The translations under genes and the position numbers were made by a program. Below the pieces are notes generated by a model that did not search any database, was not told the origin of the DNA, and worked only from the letters and a program-made list of their open reading frames with translations. 64,000 nucleotides of DNA from Thermoplasmatales archaeon SW_10_69_26 (GTDB taxonomy: Archaea; Thermoplasmatota; SW-10-69-26). Positions 9,497-18,354 of this stretch are shown here, one piece after another (within the stretch, counting starts at the first letter, position 1; each line of letters opens with the position of its first letter). Location of the stretch: assembly GCA_003009755.1 (NCBI GenBank), contig PXUB01000042.1:730-64729 (forward strand). Direction: 5' to 3'.

Positions 9497-10405
9497 GTGC
9501 ACGTCGTCGTGACCGGCGGGACCGGGCTCATCGGCGCGCGCCTCACCCAGCAGCTCCGCGACCGGGGCGACGAGGTCACGATCGTGTCCCGCACACCTGG
9601 CGGGCCCGACACCCTCGTCTGGGACCCGCTCACACCAGGCTCGCTCGAACTTCCCACCGACACCGACGCCGTGATCCACCTCGCCGGCGCCCCGATCCAC
9701 GGCTGCCGGTGGACCGACGAGTACAAGCAGCAGATCCTCGAGAGCCGCGAGGAGGGCACCCGGACCGTCGTCGAAGCCATCCGCGACCACGGCGACGTCG
9801 ACCACCTCGTCTCCGCCAGCGCGGTCGGCTACTACGGCGACCGCGGCGACGCCCCGATCACCGAGACCACCGACCCCGCCGACGACTTCCTCGCCACCGT
9901 CTGCCGCCGCTGGGAAGACCAAGCACGGCGCCTCGCCGACGACGACGCCCTCGCCCACGACCCCGCCATCGCCCGCACCGGCGTCGTCCTCAGCTCCGAA
10001 GACGGGGCCCTCACCGAGATGCTGAACCCCTTCGGCCCGATCAAGCCCTTCCACTGGGGCCTAGGCGGCCGCCTGGGCGACGGCCAACAGTGGTTCCCCT
10101 GGATCCACATCGACGACGAGGTCGCCGCCCTGATCGACCTGCTGGACGAGCGCCGATCCGGAGCCTACAACCTGACCGCCCCCGAACCCGTCCGCAACGA
10201 ACGCTTGACGGACGCCCTCGGAGACGAGCTGGGCCGCCCGACCCCTTTCCCCATCCCCCGCTTCGCGATGCAGCTCCTCTACGGCGAGGCGGCTCAGCTC
10301 CTCTTCGCCTCCCAACGCGTCCTCCCCCGACGGTTGACGGACGACGGGTTCGGCTTCGAGCATCGGACGGTCGAGGAGGCGATCGCCGATCTCCTCCCCC
10401 GATGA
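9497..10405 (+). CDS. TIGR01777-family NAD-dependent epimerase/oxidoreductase
   Basis: VVVTGGTGLIG, HLAGAPI, SASAVGYYG, WFPWIHIDD, SQRVLP. Start at 9497 or 9467. Confidence 0.9.
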   Translation: MHVVVTGGTGLIGARLTQQLRDRGDEVTIVSRTPGGPDTLVWDPLTPGSLELPTDTDAVIHLAGAPIHGCRWTDEYKQQILESREEGTRTVVEAIRDHGDVDHLVSASAVGYYGDRGDAPITETTDPADDFLATVCRRWEDQARRLADDDALAHDPAIARTGVVLSSEDGALTEMLNPFGPIKPFHWGLGGRLGDGQQWFPWIHIDDEVAALIDLLDERRSGAYNLTAPEPVRNERLTDALGDELGRPTPFPIPRFAMQLLYGEAAQLLFASQRVLPRRLTDDGFGFEHRTVEEAIADLLPR

Positions 10406-10895
10406 CCCACCCGCCAAGCCCACGATCCGATCCGCGGGCGAAGGCTACCTCCTCGAGCAGCGCCAGCTCCTCGACGAACCTCGCGAGAACGTCTTCGACT
10501 TCTTCGCCGACGCTCGCAATCTCGAAGCCATCACGCCCGACCGGCTGAGGTTCGAGGTCCGAGATGCCGAGGAACCGATCGCCGAGGGCAGCCGCATCCG
10601 CTACCGCCTGCGGCTGCGCGGCATCCCCCTCCGCTGGGTCTCCCGCATCGCCGCCTGGGACCCGCCCCGAGCCTTCGCCGACGTCCAGATGCAGGGCCCC
10701 TACCGCCGCTGGGAGCACGTCCACCTCTTCGTCGACCGCGGCGACCGAACGCTCGCCGTCGATCGCGTCCGCTACAACCTGCCCATCGGCCCCGCCGGCA
10801 GCCTCGCCCACCGCCTCTTCGTCGCCGACGACCTGCGATCGATCTTCGCGTACCGCGCCCGACGCCTCGCCGAACGCTTCGGGACGCTTCGCTGA
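10402..10895 (+). CDS. SRPBCC/START-like family protein (ATG out of frame by one base)
   Basis: The frame from 10404 reads VFDFFADARNLEAITP...GIPLRWVSRIAAWDPP...FADVQMQGPYRRWEH. The ATG at 10402 needs one extra base to join it. Confidence 0.8.
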
Positions 10896-10903
10896 CGAGG
10901 CCC

Positions 10904-10979
10904 GTGTACAGGTTCGGCCTTCGTGGGCCACAGACGGGGCCCATACCGGTTGCAAGTTCGGTACCTTTGTACAGGTTCT
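10904..10979. promoter_or_regulatory. Repeated TGTACAGGTTC motif upstream of the CarH-like gene
   Basis: TGTACAGGTTC at 10905 and 10968. The reverse complement GAACCTGTACA resembles the 9442 and 11963 motifs. Confidence 0.5.
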
Positions 10980-11010
10980 CCCCCTCATTCACGAGGCCGA
11001 GCGTCCCACC

Positions 11011-11886
11011 ATGGCCGAGAACCCGTCCGGCGGTCCCGCCCTCTACCCGATCTCCACGGTCGCCGACCGCACCGGTCTCTCGGTCCCGACCCTCCGTCAA
11101 TGGGAGAACCGCTACGGGTTCCCTGACCCCCAGCGGACCGAGGGTGGCCATCGACGGTACACGGAGACCGACATCCAAGCCCTGCTCACCGTCTGCTCCT
11201 GGGTCGAGGATGGCGCCAGCCCCTCGGCCGCGATCGACCGGCTCAGCGAGGTCGCCGACGAGGGCGAGGCCGACCGCCGACGTCTGGCCGGCGAGCTCGC
11301 CGCCGCCCTGCTCGACCGCGACCGCGAACGCGCCGCCCGCGTGTACTCCCGCGGCCAAACCATGCACGCCCTCTCGCCCTTCCTCGAGGAGGTCGTCCGC
11401 CCCGCCCTCGACCGCGTCGGCGAGGCCTGGCGAAAGGACGCCGTCGACGTCGCCGACGAGCACTTCGCCACCGCGTTCATCGAGAGCCAGCTCCACTCCC
11501 TGCTGGCCTCCCACCCGAGCTCGTCCGATCCCGACGTCATCGTCACGACGCTTCCCGACGAACGCCACGAGCTGGGGGCCCTCAGCCTCGTGCTCGTCCT
11601 CCGCAGCCACGGGCTCGATGCCGCTTTCCTGGGGGCGGACACCCCACTGTCCGACCTCGCCGGGTTCGTGGACGACCAGGGCGTGGAGGCCGTGGCGATC
11701 TCCGCCCCTCGACGGGAGCCCGTGATGGCTCTCGAGGCGGGGGCCCTGGCTGGTATTGCGCCTGCCGTCTTCGTGGGCGGCGCCGCCGCCGAGGCCGACC
11801 CCGACCTGGTGGAGGATCGCGGCGCCATCCCGGTGGAGGCCGACCTCTCCGGGGTCGCCCGGCGCATCGCCCGCCGTCTGTTGTGA
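11011..11886 (+). CDS. carH: MerR-family regulator with cobalamin-binding domain (CarH/LitR-like)
   Basis: MerR HTH (TLRQWENRYG...RTEGGHRRY), W-x9-EH (WRKDAVDVADEH) and E-x-H-x-x-G (ERHELG); adjacent to crt genes. Confidence 0.85.
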   Translation: MAENPSGGPALYPISTVADRTGLSVPTLRQWENRYGFPDPQRTEGGHRRYTETDIQALLTVCSWVEDGASPSAAIDRLSEVADEGEADRRRLAGELAAALLDRDRERAARVYSRGQTMHALSPFLEEVVRPALDRVGEAWRKDAVDVADEHFATAFIESQLHSLLASHPSSSDPDVIVTTLPDERHELGALSLVLVLRSHGLDAAFLGADTPLSDLAGFVDDQGVEAVAISAPRREPVMALEAGALAGIAPAVFVGGAAAEADPDLVEDRGAIPVEADLSGVARRIARRLL

Positions 11887-11933
11887 CGGCTGTCGATCGG
11901 CCTCGCTTCGTGGGGCGAGTGCCCGTCGGGCAA

Positions 11934-11984
11934 ACCTCTTGACGGAGGAGGCGCTACGATAACTGTACAGTACCTGTACGAGAG
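11934..11984 (+). promoter_or_regulatory. Putative crtB promoter with three 11-bp-spaced operator repeats
   Basis: AACCTCTTGACGGA (also at 16292), then CGCTAC (11952), CTGTAC (11963) and CTGTAC (11974) at exact 11-bp spacing. Confidence 0.55.
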
Positions 11985-12009
11985 GTCGTCGACGATCAGT
12001 GCGAGCAAC

Positions 12010-12939
12010 GAACGGGCTCGGCGGATCCACGAGCAGACCGGCCCCACCTTCTACCTCGCCACGCGGTTGTTGCCCGAACGGGCCCGTCAGGACACGCACG
12101 TCCTCTACGCCTTCTTCCGCAGCGCCGACGAGATCGTGGACGGGGACACCACGCCCTCGGCCGCCGATCAACGCGACCGCCTGGACCGCATGCGCCGCGT
12201 GGCCCGCGGTGACCGGACGGGCGAGGGCATCCCGGCCGCCTTCGCCGACGTCCGTCGCGACAACGGGATCCCGCCCGCAGACGTCGACCGCTTCATCGAA
12301 GCGATGCAGACCGACGTCGACCAAGAGCCCTTCGAGACGTTCGCCGAGCTGCGAACCTACATGGAGGGCTCGGCCGCCGCCGTCGGCCGCATGATGGCTC
12401 GCGTCCTCGGCGCCCCCGACGACGCCGAGGTGCTGCGACGAGCCTCCGCCCTCGGCGAGGCCTTCCAGCTGACGAACTTCGTCCGCGACGTCCGCGAGGA
12501 CCACCGACAGCTCGACCGGGTGTACCTGCCCCTCGAGACGCTGCGGAAGTTCGACGTCGCTCGCGGGGACCTCGAGGCCGAGAAGGCCAGCCGCGCCCTC
12601 CGGGCAGCGGTGGGCTACGAGCTGGACCGCGCCCTCGGGTTCTACCGCGAGGGCGTCACCGGCATCCAGCACCTACCGGCCGACTGCCGGTTCCCCGTCA
12701 CCCTCGCTGCGATCCTCTACGCCGACCACCACCGCTTGATGCGCGAGCAAGGCTTGGATGTCCTCGCCCAGCGCCCCACGCTCTCCCGCAGCCGCAAGCT
12801 GTGGCTGGCCGCCAAAGCTCGCGGCCTCCGCCCGCTCAGCGACGGCCCCGTGGACCTGTTCGAACGGGCCTCGGCCGTCGATCTGCCCGAGGACGACGAG
12901 CGCCTGCGCGTGACCGTCGTCGATCCCGCCCGTCATTGA
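12010..12939 (+). CDS. crtB: Phytoene synthase (start codon unclear)
   Basis: TGPTFYLATRLLP, LYAFFRSADEIVD, YMEGSAAAVG, FQLTNFVRDVRED. Homology extends upstream of the first in-frame start (TTG 12067). Confidence 0.9.
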   Translation, partial: ERARRIHEQTGPTFYLATRLLPERARQDTHVLYAFFRSADEIVDGDTTPSAADQRDRLDRMRRVARGDRTGEGIPAAFADVRRDNGIPPADVDRFIEAMQTDVDQEPFETFAELRTYMEGSAAAVGRMMARVLGAPDDAEVLRRASALGEAFQLTNFVRDVREDHRQLDRVYLPLETLRKFDVARGDLEAEKASRALRAAVGYELDRALGFYREGVTGIQHLPADCRFPVTLAAILYADHHRLMREQGLDVLAQRPTLSRSRKLWLAAKARGLRPLSDGPVDLFERASAVDLPEDDERLRVTVVDPARH

Positions 12940-13757
12940 CCACCGACCAGGCCCTGGGTCTGGAACCCCTCGGCCGTCAGCAGGGCGGCCCCCACGCCGA
13001 CGGCGATCGCGGCCGGCGCGAGGTTCCCGAACGCCAGGTTGATCGCCCCCCACAGGACGACGAAGCTCACCAGATCGTCCAGCAGGAACTCGCAACCGTC
13101 CACCCGCGCCCGCAACCGCTCACGGTCGATCGTGGCCTCGACGACCCCGACCGTGACCGCCGCCGACAGGACCCAGCCGGCCACGTTCGTCCAGGGGACC
13201 TCGTGGAAGAGGCCCGGGTCCGCGTACCGCCAGAACCCGAGGCTGACGGCCGCCGGATCGAGCACGAGATCCAACGTCACCACCAAGCCCACCGCGAGCC
13301 CGACGCGCGCCCATCGCCCGGGCAACTTGCCCGTCCGCAGGCTCGCCAGAAGGTAGGCGTCGAACACGAGGGGCAAGAACAGGATCGGCAACGCGATCGG
13401 CAAGCCGCCGACGGTCGGACCCAGCGACACCTCGTACGTGAAGGAGCCATAGGGCCACCCGGTGGCTAGGGCCAAGGCCTCGATCCCGTACGTGTAGGCG
13501 GTCAACGCGATCAGGCCCACGCCCAGCCGCCGCGTCGCCACGGGCGCCAGACCGACGATCAACGGGGACCGCATCACCGTCACCCCGACGAGGATGAGCC
13601 ACGGGTTGAACGACAGCCAGTCGAGCGAAGGCGGGATCCAGCCCCGCCCGCTCGCCAACAGCAACATCGCGCCGACGAGCGGGAACACGACGGCGATCGT
13701 GAACCGGTTGTCCCGCACCACGGCATCCAGCCGGTCCGTGAGCGAGGCCGCGCTCAC
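12933..13757 (-). CDS. cruF: Bisanhydrobacterioruberin hydratase
   Basis: NRFTIAVVFPLVG, VMRSPL, TGWPYG, DLVLDP, CEFLLDDLVSF; lies after lyeJ. Confidence 0.85.
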   Translation of the reverse strand: MSAASLTDRLDAVVRDNRFTIAVVFPLVGAMLLLASGRGWIPPSLDWLSFNPWLILVGVTVMRSPLIVGLAPVATRRLGVGLIALTAYTYGIEALALATGWPYGSFTYEVSLGPTVGGLPIALPILFLPLVFDAYLLASLRTGKLPGRWARVGLAVGLVVTLDLVLDPAAVSLGFWRYADPGLFHEVPWTNVAGWVLSAAVTVGVVEATIDRERLRARVDGCEFLLDDLVSFVVLWGAINLAFGNLAPAAIAVGVGAALLTAEGFQTQGLVGGQ

Positions 13758-14596
13758 AGCCACACCCCGGGCTCCCCCGTCGCGAGCAGGCCCCCGATCG
13801 TCAACGCGGCGCCCGCCGCGGCGTTGATCCACGGGTAGGCCCAGTAGGCACGCCCGAGCGGGACGCCGGAGATCTCGATCGCGACCAGCACCACGGGGTA
13901 GATGGCGAACACCGCGGCCGCCGGCACCGACGCGAGGCTCACCAAGCCGGCGGCCACGGCCCACATCCCCAGGCAGTAGCCGACCGTCCCCCGGCGGCCG
14001 AGCACGGTCGCGGTCGTCCGCACACCGGCCCGGCGATCGGGCTCGATGTCCGGGATCGCCGAGAACGTGTGCATCGCCATCGTCCACGCCCACGCGCCCC
14101 CCATCAGCCAGGCGTCGGGTTGGTGCCCGCTCACCGTCACGTAGGCCGCCGCGCCGGGAAGGACGTACAACCCGTTGGACGCCGAGTCGAGGAACGGACG
14201 CGCCTTGAACCGCACCGGCGGCGCGCTGTAAGCCACGGACAGGGCCCCGAACCCCAGCATCCACGGCCAAGCCCCTCGCGGAAGGGCCGCCGTCAGCGCC
14301 AACCCGGCCGCCAGCGCCGCCACGATGGACGCCCAGACGCCTCGTCCACCCTGCCAGCGAGCCTCCTTGTCGTCCTTCTTCGGGTTGACCTGGTCGATGT
14401 CCGCGTCGAAGCGGTCGTTCACCCCGTAGAGGAAGACGTTGGCCGGCAGCAGGCAGAACGCGAACAGGGCCCACGGGCGCCAGGCGGCCAGCTGGCCGAG
14501 GGAACCGACACCCCAGGCCACCCCCACGAGCACCGGCCCGGCCAGGTACAGCCAGAACCGGGGCCGCGAGAGGCGGACCAGGTAGGCCCCGCTCAT
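13754..14596 (-). CDS. lyeJ: Lycopene elongase (UbiA prenyltransferase family)
   Basis: LSRPRFWLYLAGP, YGVNDRFDADID, YSAPPVRFK, MHTFSAIPDIEPD. Confidence 0.88.
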   Translation of the reverse strand: MSGAYLVRLSRPRFWLYLAGPVLVGVAWGVGSLGQLAAWRPWALFAFCLLPANVFLYGVNDRFDADIDQVNPKKDDKEARWQGGRGVWASIVAALAAGLALTAALPRGAWPWMLGFGALSVAYSAPPVRFKARPFLDSASNGLYVLPGAAAYVTVSGHQPDAWLMGGAWAWTMAMHTFSAIPDIEPDRRAGVRTTATVLGRRGTVGYCLGMWAVAAGLVSLASVPAAAVFAIYPVVLVAIEISGVPLGRAYWAYPWINAAAGAALTIGGLLATGEPGVWL

Positions 14597-16071
14597 CGCT
14601 CGGCCATCGCCTCCGCGGTCAACAGCCCGCTGATCAGGCACATCGGGACGCCGATGCCGGGCGTCGTGTACTGCCCGACGAAGAACAAATCCTCCATCGC
14701 GCCGGAGACGCGGTCGGGCCGCAGCGTGGCCGTCTGATCCAACGTGTGGGCCAGGCCCAGCGCGGTCCCGTCGTAGGCGTTGTAGCGGGAGGCGAAATCG
14801 TCGACCGCGAACACGCGCTCGGTCACGATGCGATCGCGCACGTCCACGCCGGTGTGCTCGGCGAGATCGGCGAGCACCCGATCGCGGAACCGCTGGCGCA
14901 GCTTGGGCCCGTCGCGGAGACCGGCCGCCACCGGCACGAGCACGAACAGGTTGCTGGCGCCCGCCGGCGCGACCCCGTCGTCGGTCTGGGAGGGAGCGCA
15001 CACGTAGTAGGCCGGGTCCTCGGGCCAGGCGGCCTCCTCGAACAGGGCATCGAAGTGACCGCGCCAGTCCGTCGGCAACACCAACGAGTGGTGAGCCAGC
15101 GGATCGATCGACCCCTCGACGCCCAGGTACAGCAGGAACGCGCTGGGCGCCCACGTCCGCCCCTCCCAGTAGTCGGCCCCGTGCTGGCGGTGATCCTCCG
15201 AGAGCAGATCCTGCTCGACGTGCGCGTAGTCAGCGTTCGTGACGACGCGATCGGGCTCGCGGTCGCCCTCGGCCGTCCGCACCCGCGGCCTGGCGCCGGA
15301 TCGATCGATGCCCGTCACCGGCGTCCCGGTCGTGAGCGTGGCGCCTTGCTCGCGGGCCACCTCGGCGACCGCGTTCGCCACGGTCGCCATGCCGCCCTCG
15401 GGATACCAGACGCCCATGTTGTGGTCGACGTGGCCCATGAGGTTGTACAGGGCCGGCGTCCACTCGGGGTCCCCGCCGAGGAACACGAGCGTGTACTGCA
15501 TGATCTTCTGCAGCTTCGGGTGCTCGAAGTGGTCGGCCACGTGGTCGGCCAGGGAGCCGAACATCGGCAAGCCCCAGGCCTGGCGAGCCACGTCGAGGCT
15601 CAGGAAGTCCCGCAGCCGCCGGCGATCCTCGTAGACGAACTCCCTCATGCCCGTCTCGTAGGATTCCCGAGCCGTCGCCAGGTAGGCGTCCAGCGCCTCG
15701 CCGGCGCCCTCCTCGTAGCTTTCGAAGGTGCGCCTGGTCTCGGCGAGGTCCGGGGTGATCTCGACGCGGTCGCCGTCCTTGAAGAAGATCCGGTAGTGGG
15801 GATCCAACTGCGTGAGCTCGAAACGCTCCTCGGGGCTGGTCCCCATGTGCTCGAAGAACGTCTCGAAGACGTCTGGCATGAGGTACCAGGAGGGCCCCAT
15901 GTCGAAGCTGAACCCGTCCTGGACGAGCCGGCTGGCTCGACCGCCGACCTGGTCGTTCTTCTCGACCACCTCGACGTCGGCCCCGGCTCGGGCGGCGTAG
16001 GCCGCGGTCGCGAGACCGCCGAACCCTCCGCCGACCGGCCACGAGGTTCGCGCATCCGGTCCACCATCCAC
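14593..16071 (-). CDS. crtD: Phytoene desaturase family; by synteny carotenoid 3,4-desaturase
   Basis: GGGFGGL, FDMGPSWY, YPEGGM, GLAHTLDQT, PGIGVPMCLISG; crtD-lyeJ-cruF order as in haloarchaea. The N-terminal strand before GxGxxG looks irregular. Confidence 0.85.
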   Translation of the reverse strand: MDGGPDARTSWPVGGGFGGLATAAYAARAGADVEVVEKNDQVGGRASRLVQDGFSFDMGPSWYLMPDVFETFFEHMGTSPEERFELTQLDPHYRIFFKDGDRVEITPDLAETRRTFESYEEGAGEALDAYLATARESYETGMREFVYEDRRRLRDFLSLDVARQAWGLPMFGSLADHVADHFEHPKLQKIMQYTLVFLGGDPEWTPALYNLMGHVDHNMGVWYPEGGMATVANAVAEVAREQGATLTTGTPVTGIDRSGARPRVRTAEGDREPDRVVTNADYAHVEQDLLSEDHRQHGADYWEGRTWAPSAFLLYLGVEGSIDPLAHHSLVLPTDWRGHFDALFEEAAWPEDPAYYVCAPSQTDDGVAPAGASNLFVLVPVAAGLRDGPKLRQRFRDRVLADLAEHTGVDVRDRIVTERVFAVDDFASRYNAYDGTALGLAHTLDQTATLRPDRVSGAMEDLFFVGQYTTPGIGVPMCLISGLLTAEAMAER

Positions 16072-16104
16072 GAGGGTCCCAAAAACCCCTGCTCCGACTG
16101 TGGC

Positions 16105-16273
16105 CTCGCGTTGAAGGATAAGAAACCCGGGGGGGCCACCAAGTACGCGAAGGGACGCCAGGGCACAAGGGGGAGCAGCTGCCGTGACAACGCTGCCCGG
16201 CGGTGAGTCACAGGCCCTTCGTGGCCTTGGCGATCCTTCGTGTCCTTCGCGGCCCCTGCTTAACCAGACAGCC
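16105..16273 (+). repeat. ~170-bp dispersed palindromic element (MITE/REP-like or ncRNA), copy 1
   Basis: Highly similar to the reverse complement of 62280-62447; 9-10-nt periodic arms and a central hairpin GTGAC..GTCAC (16184-16211). Confidence 0.9.
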
Positions 16274-16326
16274 CGCCGTGGCCTTCCCGACAACCTCTTG
16301 ACGGACGGACCACACTTGCCAATTGG

Positions 16327-17355
16327 ATGGTGCTGGAGGCCCTCCCCGACGTGCTGCCCTACCTGCTTGAGTTCTTCGAGCAGTACGGGCTCGTCGCCAT
16401 GTTCGTCCTCCTCGTTCTCGACGGGGCCATGCTCATCCCCGTCTTGCCGGGCGAGGCCGTGATGATCATGGCCGTCACCCAGCACGCCAGCAACATCCGC
16501 GAGCTCGCCTTCATCACCGTGTTGGCGACACTGGCTGGCATCGTCGGGAGCCTCATCCTCTACACGATGGCTCGGGTCGGCGGCCGCCCGCTGATCGAGA
16601 ACCATCCCCGGCTGTTCATGATGGACCGACGGCGCCGAGAGAAGCTCGAGGAGGCCTTCGAGCGCCCGCTCGGGCAGAGCCTCGTGTGCCTGTTGCGCGT
16701 GATCCCGTTGACGCGCATCGTGGTGAACATCCCCGCCGGGCTGGCTCGCATGGGGGTGGGCCGGTTCGTCGTGCTGTCCTCGATCGGGATGGCGATCTTC
16801 CACAGCGGGTTCATGTGGCTGGCTTACGAGTCCCAACAGTCCGGCAGCGTCGTGGCCGAGCAAGCCACGGCCCTCCAAGAGACGTACGCCACGCCCGCCT
16901 GGCAGTACCTGCAAGCCAACGAGGTCGTCGCCATCGTCGGCGTGATCGCGTTCGGCGCCTGGTTGTCGTTCAAGTCCTCGCGCCGGATGATGAAGCATCC
17001 GCGCGGGGCGATCACCTCGATCCTCGGCTGGCTGACCGTTCGCGTGCTCGTGCTCGGCACCCTGACCCTCTGGGGCGCTCTCGTGTACGACCCCCAGCTG
17101 CTGTACGAGGTCGCGCTGGCCGGCGGCCTCGACGTCCCCGCCATCGCCCTCCAGGTCGGACTGCCGCCCGTTCGCCTGCTGGCCTACTTCGGCCTGATCA
17201 CCTGGACGCTGGGCATGGTGTTGTGGGGCCTGGAATCGGTCGCCCGCAGCCGCCGCGACGAGGCCGAGCGACGGCATGCCGAGGCCGAGGAGGCCGACGA
17301 GCTGCCCGACCCCGAGATCGAACCCGTCGGCGAGTACTCGAGCCCGCCGGGGTAG
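16327..17355 (+). CDS. DedA/VTT-domain membrane protein with C-terminal extension
   Basis: LIPVLPGEAV, GSLILY..ARVGGR, RVIPLTR..VNIPAG..RM...F. Confidence 0.85.
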   Translation: MVLEALPDVLPYLLEFFEQYGLVAMFVLLVLDGAMLIPVLPGEAVMIMAVTQHASNIRELAFITVLATLAGIVGSLILYTMARVGGRPLIENHPRLFMMDRRRREKLEEAFERPLGQSLVCLLRVIPLTRIVVNIPAGLARMGVGRFVVLSSIGMAIFHSGFMWLAYESQQSGSVVAEQATALQETYATPAWQYLQANEVVAIVGVIAFGAWLSFKSSRRMMKHPRGAITSILGWLTVRVLVLGTLTLWGALVYDPQLLYEVALAGGLDVPAIALQVGLPPVRLLAYFGLITWTLGMVLWGLESVARSRRDEAERRHAEAEEADELPDPEIEPVGEYSSPPG

Positions 17356-17454
17356 GGGGACCAGGGGAAACGGCGCCTCGGTCTAACGACGCCTTTACGA
17401 GGCTCGGCAGGACTCGATCGCCGGGGCCCCGTGGCTCTGGGGAAATGGTGATCG

Positions 17455-17667
17455 ATGAGTCGAATCGCCCTGATTGCGCTAGCGTTGGGTATCGGACTGA
17501 TGGTCGCTCCGGGCGTCGCCCAATCCACGGGCCTTGGCAGCTCTGTCGCCGAGGACCTGGACCCTGTCGGCAACGCCGAGGCTCACTACGACAGTGAGTG
17601 CATCAAGGGGCCCTGCGTGTGCTACTTCGGTCCCGGCACACCCGGATACCACTGCCACGCCGGATAG
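17455..17667 (+). CDS. Small secreted Cys-rich peptide
   Basis: 70 aa: signal peptide, acidic spacer ending AEA, 27-aa core with 4 Cys; followed by a pyrimidine tract. Confidence 0.65.
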   Translation: MSRIALIALALGIGLMVAPGVAQSTGLGSSVAEDLDPVGNAEAHYDSECIKGPCVCYFGPGTPGYHCHAG

Positions 17668-17876
17668 CCGGCCCCGACGTCCACGCCTAGGCCCTCGCGG
17701 GCCTTCCCTCTCGCTTCTCTTTCCTCTGGTCCAGGACGTGGCCGAGGTGTACGACCGATGAGGTGCTCGGCCTCGACAGCGACCGTTACCGGGCCGCGTT
17801 CGTGTTCGACGAGCGATCGGAAGCTCAGGGCTTCGCTGATCAACATCTCCCCAGGTAACTCGCTCCCGCGACCCCC

Positions 17877-18273
17877 ATGGCGGCCCGCGGGCTCGCGGTG
17901 AGAGCGCGACGACTGCATGGTCCTCGAACGGATACGGCTCGTCAGAGCCGCACGAATCACGAGGAGCAAGCCGTTCGCGGGGCTGCATTGGCACATCGGG
18001 GCGCTCGTCTCGTGGTACGACGGTTCCCGCGAGATGGTCGTTGCTCGGCGCCGACCGTCGAGCGAGTCCGGCCCCCTTTTTGGGCCGGACGACTTACGAG
18101 GAGCGGGCCGGCCGGGACGGGGACACTCGTTTCCGCCGTGGGACGGTGGTCTCGTGGTATGACGGCTCCCGTGAGAAGACCGGTGTCGATCGTCCGGTCT
18201 TCGAGCGAGTACGGCTCGTCAGAGCCGTACGAATTACGAGGAGCTAGCTGTTGGCGGGTTGTATTCGCACGGC
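17877..18273 (+). repeat. Three tandem degenerate 5'-tRNA-Val copies with twin-hairpin inserts
   Basis: Units at ~17877, 17998 and 18140; inserts 18029-18093 and 18171-18233 sit inside the anticodon loop. Confidence 0.85.
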
Positions 18274-18345
18274 GGGGCGGTGGTCTAGTGGTATGACGGC
18301 TCCCTTACGAGGAGCAAGCCGCAGGTTCAAATCCTGCCCGCCCCA
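18274..18345 (+). tRNA. tRNA-Val(TAC)
   Basis: GGGGCGG/CCGCCCC-A acceptor, GCTCC-CTTACGA-GGAGC anticodon arm, GGTTCAAATCC T-arm. Confidence 0.95.
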
Positions 18346-18354
18346 TTCGTAGCA

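Noticed and set aside
14593-17277. 894-aa desaturase fusion suggested by the ORF track
   Set aside because: The N-terminal 400 aa are the antisense of the DedA gene and the repeat element; the desaturase begins near 16071.
17738-17858. Short frame DEVLGLDSDRYRAAFVFDERSEAQGFADQHLPR
   Set aside because: Possibly a gene scrap, but too short and without a recognisable motif or reliable start.
17998-18250. Functional intron-containing tRNA genes
   Set aside because: The copies lack the T-arm and acceptor 3' strand, have D-arm mismatches, and show no clear bulge-helix-bulge.
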